A DNA stretch of 64,000 nt, from assembly GCA_040754075.1 (NCBI GenBank), contig JBFMDH010000006.1, forward strand, positions 102,285 to 166,284, written 5' to 3'. Below the pieces are notes generated by a model. That model saw only the letters and a program-made list of their open reading frames with translations. It had not been told where the DNA came from and ran no database searches. Both the position numbers and the translations under genes were made by a program. Positions 47,375 to 57,665 of the stretch are shown piece after piece. This stretch comes from Acidobacteriota bacterium. Its GTDB lineage: Bacteria > Acidobacteriota > Blastocatellia > UBA7656. The number at the start of each line of letters is the position of its first letter. Position 1 is the stretch's first letter.

Positions 47375-49069
47375 ATGCCTAATTCAATTGAATTCTTGCT
47401 CAACCAACTTGAAGAAGCGAAGCGGCGATTTGATGACCAGTCGCAAACACTAATCGTCAAATGCCTTGAAAAGCTCTCCAGGAGCCGGTTTCAAGACGCC
47501 AGCACCTTGATTCGCTTTCATGAAATCCTGCTCTTTTTGCGCGCTTATCCGGCAAGCGCCGAAATTCTTGAGCAAGCGGAAACCTTGCTCAACAACTTTG
47601 TGGAACGGGTTCAGAGGCTATACGACGATGGCGCTGATATGGCTGAGTTTTGGGACGCCGAGTATTCGGGCATCGCAGGAAATGAAATCTCTGCGGTCTT
47701 CTCTTATAAAATCGCCCGCTTCCTTGCTGAACAATTTCCGCAATCCGCTGAAGTCGATTGGCAAGCCTTTAAACGAAAAGACCGACTTGGCGCGATACTG
47801 CCGCGTCTGATTCCGCTACTTGACGAAGATGCTTCAGTTGAAGCGAACGTCCCTTATTATACCTGGCTCAAAACTGCAAAAGGACAACGAGGAAGTGACC
47901 TTGCCTGGATGATTCGCGGTTTTGCTGAGTTGGATTTAAGTGAAAGAGCGAAAGCTGAGCTTTTTGATTCGCTTGATCTGCCTATCTGGTGGCGCATTGA
48001 AAATGCGAAAGCGTCACGAACCCGTTTGCGACTTGCGACCAAAAAATTCTTCTATCATACGACGCCGCTCATTAAACGAAGTGAAGTTTCGATAGCGGAT
48101 GAATTTGCCGGTAAACCGCTTCGCGTAAAAAAGCTTTCCTCAACACAAGGCAAGAAAGCGATTAACCTTGCCCGCGTCGCGTCGGTTGAGCGTTACCGGG
48201 AACTCTATGGATTTACTCACGGCGATGCAAACTGCGTTTCGCACGCTGAACTCGGACGCGGCGTTGAAATGTTCATATATGAACTCGCGCCCGAATGGCG
48301 TTTACCACTTCGCGCTTATCACGCGGGAATGATTTTCAAAAACGGCGTTCCGGTTGGCTATGTCGAAACGCTTTCGCTGTTTGAGCGGTGCGAGGTTGGC
48401 TTCAACCTTTACTACACTTTTCGCGATGGCGAAACCGCCTGGCTTTATGCGCGGTTGTTGAAACTCTTTCATCAACTGTTCGGCGTGACCTATTTTTCGA
48501 TTGACCCGTATCAAATCGGCTTTCATAACGAAGAAGCCATCGAATCGGGCGCGTTCTGGTTTTATCGCAAACTCGGTTTTCGGTCGACGCAACCGGGGAT
48601 TCGACAACTCATTGAGGCGGAAGAAAAGCGTTTGCATGAACGCGCTGGTTATCGAACGCCCGCGCGCACACTTCGCAAAATTGCCGCAGGACACCTGGTG
48701 TTTGAATTGCACAAACCGGAAAGCGATTGGGATGGCTTTCAAATTCGCAACCTCGGATTGAACCTGCAAAAGCACATCGCAAAAAATTTTGCCGGCAGCG
48801 CCAAAAAGATGAAAGCGGTGACGATCAAGGAAATCGCTCGCGAGTTACGAATCCAGCTCGCATCCTTCAGTGAAAGCGAACATCGATTGTTTGAAAATTT
48901 TGCTCTGGTGCTCGCTTTAATAAACGATTTCCATACCTGGACGCCAGGCGAAAAACAACTCCTTGCCGACATTATTGAGGCGAAACTGCAGCGCAGCGAA
49001 AACGATTATCTCGCATTACAACAAAAACACTCGCGATTGCGCGATGCAGTGATTCGTTCAGGCTTTTGA
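47375..49069 (+). CDS. Hypothetical 564-aa protein: helical N-terminal half and a C-terminal region with a possible GNAT-like acyltransferase signature
   Basis: ATG at 47375. The ORF track's upstream extension runs through the hairpin. ..GAFWFYRKLGFR.. is GNAT-like. No confident family assignment. Confidence 0.4.
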   Translation: MPNSIEFLLNQLEEAKRRFDDQSQTLIVKCLEKLSRSRFQDASTLIRFHEILLFLRAYPASAEILEQAETLLNNFVERVQRLYDDGADMAEFWDAEYSGIAGNEISAVFSYKIARFLAEQFPQSAEVDWQAFKRKDRLGAILPRLIPLLDEDASVEANVPYYTWLKTAKGQRGSDLAWMIRGFAELDLSERAKAELFDSLDLPIWWRIENAKASRTRLRLATKKFFYHTTPLIKRSEVSIADEFAGKPLRVKKLSSTQGKKAINLARVASVERYRELYGFTHGDANCVSHAELGRGVEMFIYELAPEWRLPLRAYHAGMIFKNGVPVGYVETLSLFERCEVGFNLYYTFRDGETAWLYARLLKLFHQLFGVTYFSIDPYQIGFHNEEAIESGAFWFYRKLGFRSTQPGIRQLIEAEEKRLHERAGYRTPARTLRKIAAGHLVFELHKPESDWDGFQIRNLGLNLQKHIAKNFAGSAKKMKAVTIKEIARELRIQLASFSESEHRLFENFALVLALINDFHTWTPGEKQLLADIIEAKLQRSENDYLALQQKHSRLRDAVIRSGF

Positions 49070-49082
49070 AACGATCTTCAAC

Positions 49083-50003
49083 TCAATCTTTCGGTTCGCC
49101 TTTGGCAATAGCCTGCAATTTATTGATGTTTTGCAAAATAAAATTCACGAATGCTCTGGTGGCTGATGCCTGAAAGCGACCAAGCGATACCATTGCCACC
49201 GTGCGTCTGAGATTGTGACCCTCGATTTTCAGCTTCGCGAGTTTTCCTGATTTCAATTCATCGCGCACTGTCCAACTGGGTAAAACCGAAATACCCAGAC
49301 CTTTTTCAACCATGCGTTTAATGAAATAGGTGTCATTGGATTCCATTGCCACGTCGGGTTTGATTTCCACCTGTTTGAAAAAATTGTCAGTCGCCCGTCG
49401 CACTGATGCGCCGCGTTCAAATAAAATCAAGCGTTCGTGTTCGATCTCTTCGACCCGGATTTTGCGTTGGTGGGCAAATTTATGTTTTCGACCGACAACC
49501 AAAACCAGTTCATCGTTAAAGAGTTCGGTGACTTGCAGGTTCGGCGAGTAAATCGGCAGCGAGGCAAATCCGACATCAGCAACTCCATTTAAAATATCGG
49601 CGATGGTTTGTTCCGTACTGACGGTGGTGCGGTAAGAAACTTCTATGCCGGTATGTGACCGCATAAAGGCTTCAAAGAGCGGGTCGAAAAGGTAAACAAA
49701 CGCCTGGGTGGCGGCAGCGACGCGAACCCTTCCTTTAAGTTTGGCTTTTTGTCCCGATACGCTTTCGCGCAGTTGTTCGACATCTTCGAGAATGCGTTCG
49801 GCATAGGCAAGCGCGATTTTCCCGGCTTGTGATAATTTGACGCCGCGTTTGGCGCGAATAAATAACGGTTCGCCGAGTTCCGATTCCAAAGCTTTGATTT
49901 GATGGCTGACCGCCGATTGGGTCATGTGCAGACGTTCGGATGCGCGCGTAAAATTCAAATGTTCGGCGACGACCCGAAAGGTTTTTAGATGTGATAATTC
50001 CAT
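49083..50003 (-). CDS. LysR-family transcriptional regulator
   Basis: N-terminal helix-turn-helix (FTRASERLHMTQSAVSHQIKALE) and a LysR substrate-binding domain. Confidence 0.85.
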   Translation of the reverse strand: MELSHLKTFRVVAEHLNFTRASERLHMTQSAVSHQIKALESELGEPLFIRAKRGVKLSQAGKIALAYAERILEDVEQLRESVSGQKAKLKGRVRVAAATQAFVYLFDPLFEAFMRSHTGIEVSYRTTVSTEQTIADILNGVADVGFASLPIYSPNLQVTELFNDELVLVVGRKHKFAHQRKIRVEEIEHERLILFERGASVRRATDNFFKQVEIKPDVAMESNDTYFIKRMVEKGLGISVLPSWTVRDELKSGKLAKLKIEGHNLRRTVAMVSLGRFQASATRAFVNFILQNINKLQAIAKGEPKD

Positions 50004-50181
50004 TCTCTCCTCCTGATGATAAGATGAGACATTAGCATAATTGATGATAGTGATGAAAACAATGAATTAGACGAATCGTAGTGTATGGGTTACTCTATGG
50101 TTGTCACACTGAACGATGATTCAAAGTTTTGAAAATCGGTTGGCTTACGAATTGATTTTCATTAACGAGAAAGGAGTTTTT

Positions 50182-50502
50182 ATGCCGATACCGTTCAGGT
50201 TGGAATATGTTATTGAAAAGACGCTTGTCGAACCGGATAACCTCAAACAAAAAGCGTTGAGAAAGCTGGCGGGCGTAAAACTTTCGCATACCGAGGCGCT
50301 GACGATTTGGAATCGCATCTTAGACCACAAATGGTTTTTGAGCGAGCGTCTGGGTCGCGATGTCGGGATGCGCGTGGCAAGCATTGATTATTTTGAAAAT
50401 ATTTATTCGCCGCGCCAACGTCATCATAACGAATTTTATAGATTGATGCGTCGTTTAATGCGACCGTTAATAAGTTACAGAGTTATTTCATCTCTCCTAT
50501 AA
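50182..50502 (+). CDS. Small DUF-type protein divergently transcribed from the LysR gene (DUF4032-like)
   Basis: ATG at 50182 with a GAGAAAGGAG site. IWNRILDHKWFLSERLGRDVG motif. Confidence 0.4.
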   Translation: MPIPFRLEYVIEKTLVEPDNLKQKALRKLAGVKLSHTEALTIWNRILDHKWFLSERLGRDVGMRVASIDYFENIYSPRQRHHNEFYRLMRRLMRPLISYRVISSLL

Positions 50503-50538
50503 CGACCCTTCCTTAGATAATTAGAGAGCTTACTAAAC

Positions 50539-50580
50539 GAGGTCGTGAGCCAATTAAACTCACGACCTCAATTTTTTTTG
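50539..50580 (+). terminator. Rho-independent terminator
   Basis: Stem GAGGTCGTGAG/CTCACGACCTC followed by AATTTTTTTT. Confidence 0.75.
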
Positions 50581-50594
50581 GCTGAATATCGAGG

Positions 50595-52058
50595 TTACTC
50601 GACATGATGTTTCTTTTTGAGATTATGGACGTGAACTTTTGATACGCCGAGTTTACGCGCAGCGCGGGTCAAACTGTTATTGGTTTGACGCAAGGCATTG
50701 CGTAAGAGAAACCCTTCGAGGGTGCGTTTGGCTTCCTGCCAGCGCGGCAATTGATTCCCGTCAAAAACCAACCGGTTATCGTCGGTGAATTGAATCTGTT
50801 CTTCATATTTTGCAGAAACGCGGTCATATTCTTCGCCAAGCCAGGTATCTTCGATACCACTGAGAATGCTTGCCGCCCGGGTTAATTCCGCACGACCGGC
50901 TCGCGTATCGAAATTATGATAGGCTTCAGCAAGAAAGATGGTGGCTTCAAGTTCTGCGCGCTTGAGAATCAATGAAGGACTGGACTGTCGAGCGATTTCG
51001 GCAGCTTCTGCTAAAAATTGCGCGGCTTCTCGGAAATCGTGTGAAGCCAATTTCACGTGACCGAGTGAGATGCGCGCCCGCGCCCGTGAAACCGCCGATT
51101 TGCTCTGGTCTGCAAGTTCCAGCGCTTTGCTGGCATAACTCAAGGCATCTTCAATTTCATTTTGCAGGAGAGAAACAAACGATAAAACTGAAAGGGCGGC
51201 GCTTTCACCCGCCGGGTTATTGCTTTGAATTTCCCGGCTGTCGAACGCCATGCGCTCGGCGCGTTCAAAGCGTTTGAGCCTGATGAGCGCGGTTGCCAGT
51301 TTCAGTTGGCTTTCGGCGCGGTCGCGCTTCAAATCATAACGTTCAAAAACAATATTGGCTTCTTTGTAAATTTCCAGCGAATCCTGAAACTCACCCAGCG
51401 CATATTTGAGGTCAGCAATGCCGACCAGGGTATAGGCATAATGGCGTCCCCGTTCAACGCCTTTCAAAATCGTTGAAGCCTCTTCATAACGTTTATTGGC
51501 GGCTTCGAGGTCTCCCAATTCAGCCAGCACCGCCGCCTGTTCACTGATGATGAGACCTTTGAGATATTCGGCTTTTTTACTGGCTCGACCGGCGAGTTTG
51601 GCTTCGGCGATTTTTAATTTTTCAGCAGCCTGTTCAAATTGTCCGGTTTTTCGCTCCAAACGGGCGATTTCCAGCAGTGCCTGGCTGGCGCCAAACGCAT
51701 CTTCTTTGAAGGTATAAAAATAGTAAGCGCCTTGGAGAAGCGTTTGCGCACGCTCAGCGTCATTTAACGAAAGCGCCAATCGTCCCTGCGCCAAGGAAAA
51801 GCGTGAGGCAACTTCGATATCGGTGGCGCGACCTTTGACTTTATCCAGCAAGTTCGCGGCTTCATCATATTTTCCAAAATAGTTAGCGACTTCGGCACGA
51901 ACCACCATTTCCAGGGGATCGTCGGTTCTGCGCTCGGAAAATATCTCTTCCGCCGCAAGAAACTGTCCGCTATCTATCAAATCAACATAACTCTCTTGAG
52001 CTGTTCTCCTTTCCATCTCTACTTTTTCGTCCAATAGAGCTTTTGATTGCAGTTGCAA
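50595..52058 (-). CDS. TPR-repeat protein with a C-terminal Fis-type helix-turn-helix domain
   Basis: Multiple TPR-like helical repeats. C-terminal ..NSLTRAARKLGVSKVHVHNLKKK. Confidence 0.55.
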   Translation of the reverse strand: MQLQSKALLDEKVEMERRTAQESYVDLIDSGQFLAAEEIFSERRTDDPLEMVVRAEVANYFGKYDEAANLLDKVKGRATDIEVASRFSLAQGRLALSLNDAERAQTLLQGAYYFYTFKEDAFGASQALLEIARLERKTGQFEQAAEKLKIAEAKLAGRASKKAEYLKGLIISEQAAVLAELGDLEAANKRYEEASTILKGVERGRHYAYTLVGIADLKYALGEFQDSLEIYKEANIVFERYDLKRDRAESQLKLATALIRLKRFERAERMAFDSREIQSNNPAGESAALSVLSFVSLLQNEIEDALSYASKALELADQSKSAVSRARARISLGHVKLASHDFREAAQFLAEAAEIARQSSPSLILKRAELEATIFLAEAYHNFDTRAGRAELTRAASILSGIEDTWLGEEYDRVSAKYEEQIQFTDDNRLVFDGNQLPRWQEAKRTLEGFLLRNALRQTNNSLTRAARKLGVSKVHVHNLKKKHHVE

Positions 52059-52505
52059 CCAATACAGACAACTCTCCCTCTCAAACAGCTTACGCTATCC
52101 CTTTAGAGATCGTCCTATAAATACTCCCACAAGCCCCCGCTCTAATGGGCGTATTCCTCCTTTATGTGATATTAAACTCCCCTTGTTCTAAACCTACACT
52201 AATACCCGAACTGCTTTCGCAGCTTTCTAACATCAACAATGGATTCCCCACTGACTAAGCTAAGCGAAACTTTTTAAAGTGAAATATATCTTCCCCTCTT
52301 CACTTAAAAAGTTATTTTCTTTTAATCCGCTCAAAATATATGGTGAAAGAGTACCAAGAGCAGGTCAGCAATACAAGCAGTTTTTAAAAGGATAACGAAT
52401 GATAAAGTTTAAGCGAACGATGGATTGAAGCAGCGTGCTGGGATTTAATAATATCCAAATAATTGCCGGACGAGTAACTTTTACGAAACCTGCAATAAAT
52501 CCCAA

Positions 52506-52539
52506 CAGCCGCCTTCAGATTATTCTCCAAAGGCGGCTG
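52506..52539 (-). terminator. Candidate terminator hairpin downstream of the small zinc-ribbon ORF
   Basis: Stem CAGCCGCCTT/AAGGCGGCTG, with a moderately U-rich tail on the minus strand. Confidence 0.4.
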
Positions 52540-52545
52540 TCAATT

Positions 52546-52698
52546 TCACTCTGAAACCGCGTAACGATGACCTTCAGCATCGCTGATCCCGCTACCCGAT
52601 TCTGAGTGGAATCTGTGACCTAAAGGACAGGTGAACCAAACTGCATCTTCAGTTGTGGCAACCTTCCTCAGGGGGTTGTAACATTTTGGGCATTTCAT
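52546..52698 (-). CDS. Unannotated 50-aa zinc-ribbon protein (MKCPKCYNPLRKV...CPLGHRFHSE..)
   Basis: CxxC...CxxGH pattern and a 153-nt open frame. It falls below the ORF track's size cutoff and is followed by a hairpin. Confidence 0.35.
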   Translation of the reverse strand: MKCPKCYNPLRKVATTEDAVWFTCPLGHRFHSESGSGISDAEGHRYAVSE

Positions 52699-52752
52699 AG
52701 GCTGAATTCTAGCACAAGTTTTTTAATTTGTGCGGATTTTTTTTAGAAAAAT

Positions 52753-53721
<969 letters not shown>

Positions 53722-53882
53722 TCAGATGTTAGCTTCATCAGGCGGGCTAATCGCGACCTTCGGACATCTACCATCTGTTAAAAGTAAGCTGATGATTTTA
53801 ACGCACAGGAGGGGAATCGTAAATCAAGAATAGCGGCTACCAAACAGGTAAAGGATTTAAGAAAAGGGGCAAACTTCCGCTA

Positions 53883-54833
53883 CTAAATTGCCGTCAGTTT
53901 TTTTGGCGCAAGCACGCTGAACAGTTTTTGAATGCGCCCTTCGCTATCAACTTCGCAATGCAAGGTATAGCGTTTAGCTAAACCGGCTTTAAAACGCGGC
54001 GCTAAATGCTCTCCTTCATAGCGCACCTTGATTAGCAAAGCCGGTAACCCATTCAATGTCATAAATGAATAGTCCAGTATATTCGCGCCTTTTTTGGCAA
54101 GTCCGAACAATAGCCGCAGAACATTGCGACGACCACGAATCGGATTAAGCGCGGCATACACATCGCCGCCGCCATCGGAAAAACTCACGGCATCTTCGGT
54201 CAATAATTTTTCAAGTCCTTCAACATTTCGAGTCTTCATAAACAGCAAAAATTTTTCCAGCGCCTTGCGAGTCAAGTCTCCGAGATTGGCGCGCGCTGCC
54301 AATCGCTCTTTGTTATACCCTTGCAAAGCTTTGCGCGCGCGATGCAGATGCACTTTGACATTGGCTTCGGTTATATCAAGTGCCCTGGCAGTTTCAACGG
54401 TTGAATAATCGAAAACATCGCGCAATAAAAGCACGGCGCGCGCCGTTGGCGTCAAGACTTCGAGCGCCAGCAAAAAGGCGAACGACACACTCTCTAACAT
54501 TTCATATCGCCACACCGGCGAATCTTCATCCGGCGCGGATGGCTCATAAGATGGCAGCGGCTCTATTTCCTGAGTTGGCACAGGTGACGGCAACCACTCA
54601 CCAACATATCGGCTGCGTTTCCGCTTTCTCAGTAAATCGCGGCTGAGATTGATGGCAACGCGAATCAGCCAAGGTTTAAGCGGTTCATCCAAACGCGCAG
54701 GCGGTCGTTCAATTGCTCGCATAAAGGTTTCCTGCACAAGCTCATCGGCATCGGCAGCGTTGCCCGTCATGCGATAACAAAGTCCCCACAACATCGATTG
54801 ATTCGCTTCAAAAACTTCCGCGCTTATTGCCAT
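53883..54833 (-). CDS. ECF sigma-70 factor with a fused C-terminal SnoaL-like extension (ECF41/SigJ-like)
   Basis: Sigma region 2 (ELVQETFMRAIE) and region 4, plus a roughly 120-aa C-terminal extension. No anti-sigma gene nearby. Confidence 0.75.
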   Translation of the reverse strand: MAISAEVFEANQSMLWGLCYRMTGNAADADELVQETFMRAIERPPARLDEPLKPWLIRVAINLSRDLLRKRKRSRYVGEWLPSPVPTQEIEPLPSYEPSAPDEDSPVWRYEMLESVSFAFLLALEVLTPTARAVLLLRDVFDYSTVETARALDITEANVKVHLHRARKALQGYNKERLAARANLGDLTRKALEKFLLFMKTRNVEGLEKLLTEDAVSFSDGGGDVYAALNPIRGRRNVLRLLFGLAKKGANILDYSFMTLNGLPALLIKVRYEGEHLAPRFKAGLAKRYTLHCEVDSEGRIQKLFSVLAPKKLTAI

Positions 54834-54887
54834 CTCTTTCGCTCTGTAAAATTTAAAATCTGCAACCTATCTCCTGAATTCAAGGCT

Positions 54888-54914
54888 GGTTTAGCAAGCG
54901 GTCTTTGACCGCGA
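54888..54914. repeat. REP-like element, single copy
   Basis: GGTTTAGCAAGCGGTCTTTGACCGCGA. Confidence 0.65.
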
Positions 54915-54963
54915 ATTATCACAGAATAAAACCGCCTCTCAATAGAATATCAACATTAATCCC

Positions 54964-56286
54964 TCAGGCAGTTTTTGCCAGTTGCGGCGCGTTCCGTTTA
55001 ACAATCAAGTTCGCCGCTTGCCTGGCGCTCGCCAAACTTGCATCAACCAGCAAACCTTCATTGCCAATCCAATCGCCTACCACAAAAAGCCCATCTACAT
55101 CTTCAATCTGAGGTCCCGGTCTGCCCGCGATTCCGCGCATCGTCGCGGTGGGAATCGCATGGGTTACGGTGAGCGCAGGCAAAAATCTGCGATGCACCAC
55201 GGTCTCGCGCCAACCCGGTTGCACCAAATCCATCAACCCTTCGAGTTCCCTTTCAACATCGCCGTTTTTCGCCTGTTCATCAGGCGGCAAATATTTCATC
55301 AAGTGAACCAGCACACCACCTTCAGGCGCAAGCGCCGCGACTGCCGAATGCACTGAAAGATAGTGCGGCTTATCGATTCCCAAAGCAAATGTTGCGTTTT
55401 CAACCGGCAAGCGTTCCAGAGCTAAATCCAGACACGCCGCTTTCACAACGTTTAATTCTTGCGCCCATCGGGCAAGCGAAGTGCTCTTACTGTTTTCAAC
55501 CAGCGCGGCGGCAACCGTGGGACTTGCGGCAATGACGACGACATCCCCTTCATATACGCGACCATCCGCCAGACGAACCGCCCGCACCGCGCCATTACTT
55601 GCGCGTTCGATGAGTTTCACATTGGCGTTGGTTTCAATCATCGCTCCGGCTTGTCGTGCCACATCTCGCACGCCACTTACTAAAACCTGCCAGCCGCCAT
55701 CCAGATAAAGCACATTCTTTTTGAAAGCTTTCTGCAACTGGTCAATCGCTGCGCCCGCGCTCATCAACTCCGGCGCATTGACATACGAAGACACGCGAAC
55801 CAATGCCCTGAGTAAATCTTTCACTTTTTCATGCGAAATCGTTTCATCAAGCCAATCTTTTAAGGTCACCTTCATCAGCGCATTGGCATCAAGTTTAGGC
55901 AACGCGCCAAGCAATTTGCCGACTTCCAGCTTTTCAGAAAAGTTGAACAAACCGGTGGTCACCAACGAAAGAAATCCCGCCGGTAAGGTATGTTTCGTGT
56001 TGTCATAAATCGCAAATCCGCCTGAAGTCAGCGGCTGTGCGCCTTTTGGCTCAATCCCAAGTTCACGCAAAACCTCTATACCGTAACTGCCGCGATAGAG
56101 GGCGTGCGCGCCAAGGTTGAAAAGAAAACCGTCCTGCTCCTGCGTGCGCGCCCGCCCGCCGAGTTCCTGTGATTGTTCAAATAGCCTGACCGATTTTCCG
56201 GCTCTTGCAAGAAACGCCGTTACCGTTAGTCCCGCGAGTCCGCCGCCAATGACGATCACCTCGGTTTTGTGTGGTTCCAATGACAT
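54964..56286 (-). CDS. FAD/NAD(P)-binding oxidoreductase (phytoene-desaturase or amine-oxidase-like)
   Basis: VIVIGGGLAGL dinucleotide-binding motif, 440 aa. Confidence 0.65.
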   Translation of the reverse strand: MSLEPHKTEVIVIGGGLAGLTVTAFLARAGKSVRLFEQSQELGGRARTQEQDGFLFNLGAHALYRGSYGIEVLRELGIEPKGAQPLTSGGFAIYDNTKHTLPAGFLSLVTTGLFNFSEKLEVGKLLGALPKLDANALMKVTLKDWLDETISHEKVKDLLRALVRVSSYVNAPELMSAGAAIDQLQKAFKKNVLYLDGGWQVLVSGVRDVARQAGAMIETNANVKLIERASNGAVRAVRLADGRVYEGDVVVIAASPTVAAALVENSKSTSLARWAQELNVVKAACLDLALERLPVENATFALGIDKPHYLSVHSAVAALAPEGGVLVHLMKYLPPDEQAKNGDVERELEGLMDLVQPGWRETVVHRRFLPALTVTHAIPTATMRGIAGRPGPQIEDVDGLFVVGDWIGNEGLLVDASLASARQAANLIVKRNAPQLAKTA

Positions 56287-56446
56287 ATAGAAATCTCCTT
56301 GTAAAACAATCTCATTTGCTTCCTACCCACAACACGTTTGAGTCCGGGGAAACGTTACACATCGCAAAAAAAATTTTATTTGGAACAGAAAATCACTCAG
56401 AGGTGTCTATGTTCGTGAGCGCCCAATCCAATCAGAGGTCGCGATT

Positions 56447-56851
56447 TTGAAAAATGAAAATGTAAAAGCTGCACCCGCCAAACCCAACATCAACGTCACA
56501 CCGCTCATCGATGTGTTGCTCGTGTTAATCATTATCTTTATGGTCATCAATCCGCGCCGCGAAGAACAATTACCGGTCAAAGCTCCGCAACCGGCACCTG
56601 AAGGCGCGGCTCCTGCACCTGAAACCTTGATGCTTACGGTATCGCCTGATTATCAACTCGCCTTGAATACCAAACCTGTGGGAATTGATGAAATCGGTGT
56701 GGTGCTGAAAACCTTGATGGAGCAAAGAGAGGCAGAAGCGCGTGTGTTGTTTATCAAAGCCCCGGCGGTGCTGCCTTATGATTCAATTGTGCGCTTGATC
56801 GATAACGCCAGAGGTTCAGGGGTTATCACCATTGGACTATTGACTAATTGA
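56447..56851 (+). CDS. exbD: ExbD/TolR family biopolymer transport protein
   Basis: INVTPLIDVLLVLIIIFMV transmembrane segment and a periplasmic domain. Confidence 0.7.
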   Translation: MKNENVKAAPAKPNINVTPLIDVLLVLIIIFMVINPRREEQLPVKAPQPAPEGAAPAPETLMLTVSPDYQLALNTKPVGIDEIGVVLKTLMEQREAEARVLFIKAPAVLPYDSIVRLIDNARGSGVITIGLLTN

Positions 56852-56886
56852 TTGGCAATCAACATCGGTTTAACTGGCGGCTGGCA

Positions 56887-57561
56887 TCATTCGAGCGCGC
56901 AATCAAACACCACATCGGTTCCCAGTTGCGCGATTTTTACTGACTGAAAAGTAATGGCATCGCGCAATCTGGTGATACTCAAATCGCCGATGGCTTCGAT
57001 GCCGCGCCCGATGATTTTCGGAGCAATCACCACAATCAATCGGTTGACCAATTGTTCACGAAGTAGAGCCGTAATGATTCCGGCTCCGCCTTCAACTAAA
57101 ACCGACTGGATTTGGCGTCTGCGGAGTTCTGCCAGTAACTGTTTAAGATTTACGCGGGAAGAGATGACATCCGGAATTTCGCCACCAATGGTCAGGACTT
57201 CCGCGCCAAGTTCTTTTATGGCTGCTTTGCGGGTTTCATCGGCACCAGGACTGGTGGCGATGAGTGTGCCTGGTGCTGCATCTTCACTTAATATATTTGC
57301 CTCAAGTGGAATTTTTAAATCGCCATCAACAATCACTCGCAAAGGGTCACGGCCTTTAACCAAACGGACATTCAAACGCGGATTGTCGGCGAGAACCGTG
57401 CCAACGCCAACCATAATCGCATCATGTTCTGCGCGCAGTTGATGCGCGAGGGTGAGCGTTTCCTGACAACTAATCCATTGCGAATCGCCTGTGCGGGTGG
57501 CGATGCGACCATCAAGCGTCGATGCATATTTCACCGTAACAAAAGGCTGAGAATGTTTCAC
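56887..57561 (-). CDS. RibD C-terminal domain reductase (5-amino-6-(5-phosphoribosylamino)uracil reductase / DHFR-like family)
   Basis: FVTVKYASTLDGRIA..GDSQWIS motif. Reductase domain only, with no deaminase domain. Confidence 0.7.
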   Translation of the reverse strand: MKHSQPFVTVKYASTLDGRIATRTGDSQWISCQETLTLAHQLRAEHDAIMVGVGTVLADNPRLNVRLVKGRDPLRVIVDGDLKIPLEANILSEDAAPGTLIATSPGADETRKAAIKELGAEVLTIGGEIPDVISSRVNLKQLLAELRRRQIQSVLVEGGAGIITALLREQLVNRLIVVIAPKIIGRGIEAIGDLSITRLRDAITFQSVKIAQLGTDVVFDCALE

Positions 57562-57665
57562 ACCTACGATTACCTTTCAAAGTTTTTATTGACAGGCAGT
57601 TTAACCGAATCGCTGATGGTTGGTCATTTACAGGAAGGAAATTTTTAATGACAGGTTGATAAACT

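Noticed and set aside
57562-57665. Checked for an FMN riboswitch upstream of the ribD-like reductase, and for tRNA or rRNA genes throughout the window
   Set aside because: No conserved FMN riboswitch motifs were found. No tRNA-like T-arm or acceptor signatures, and no rRNA-like segments, were seen.
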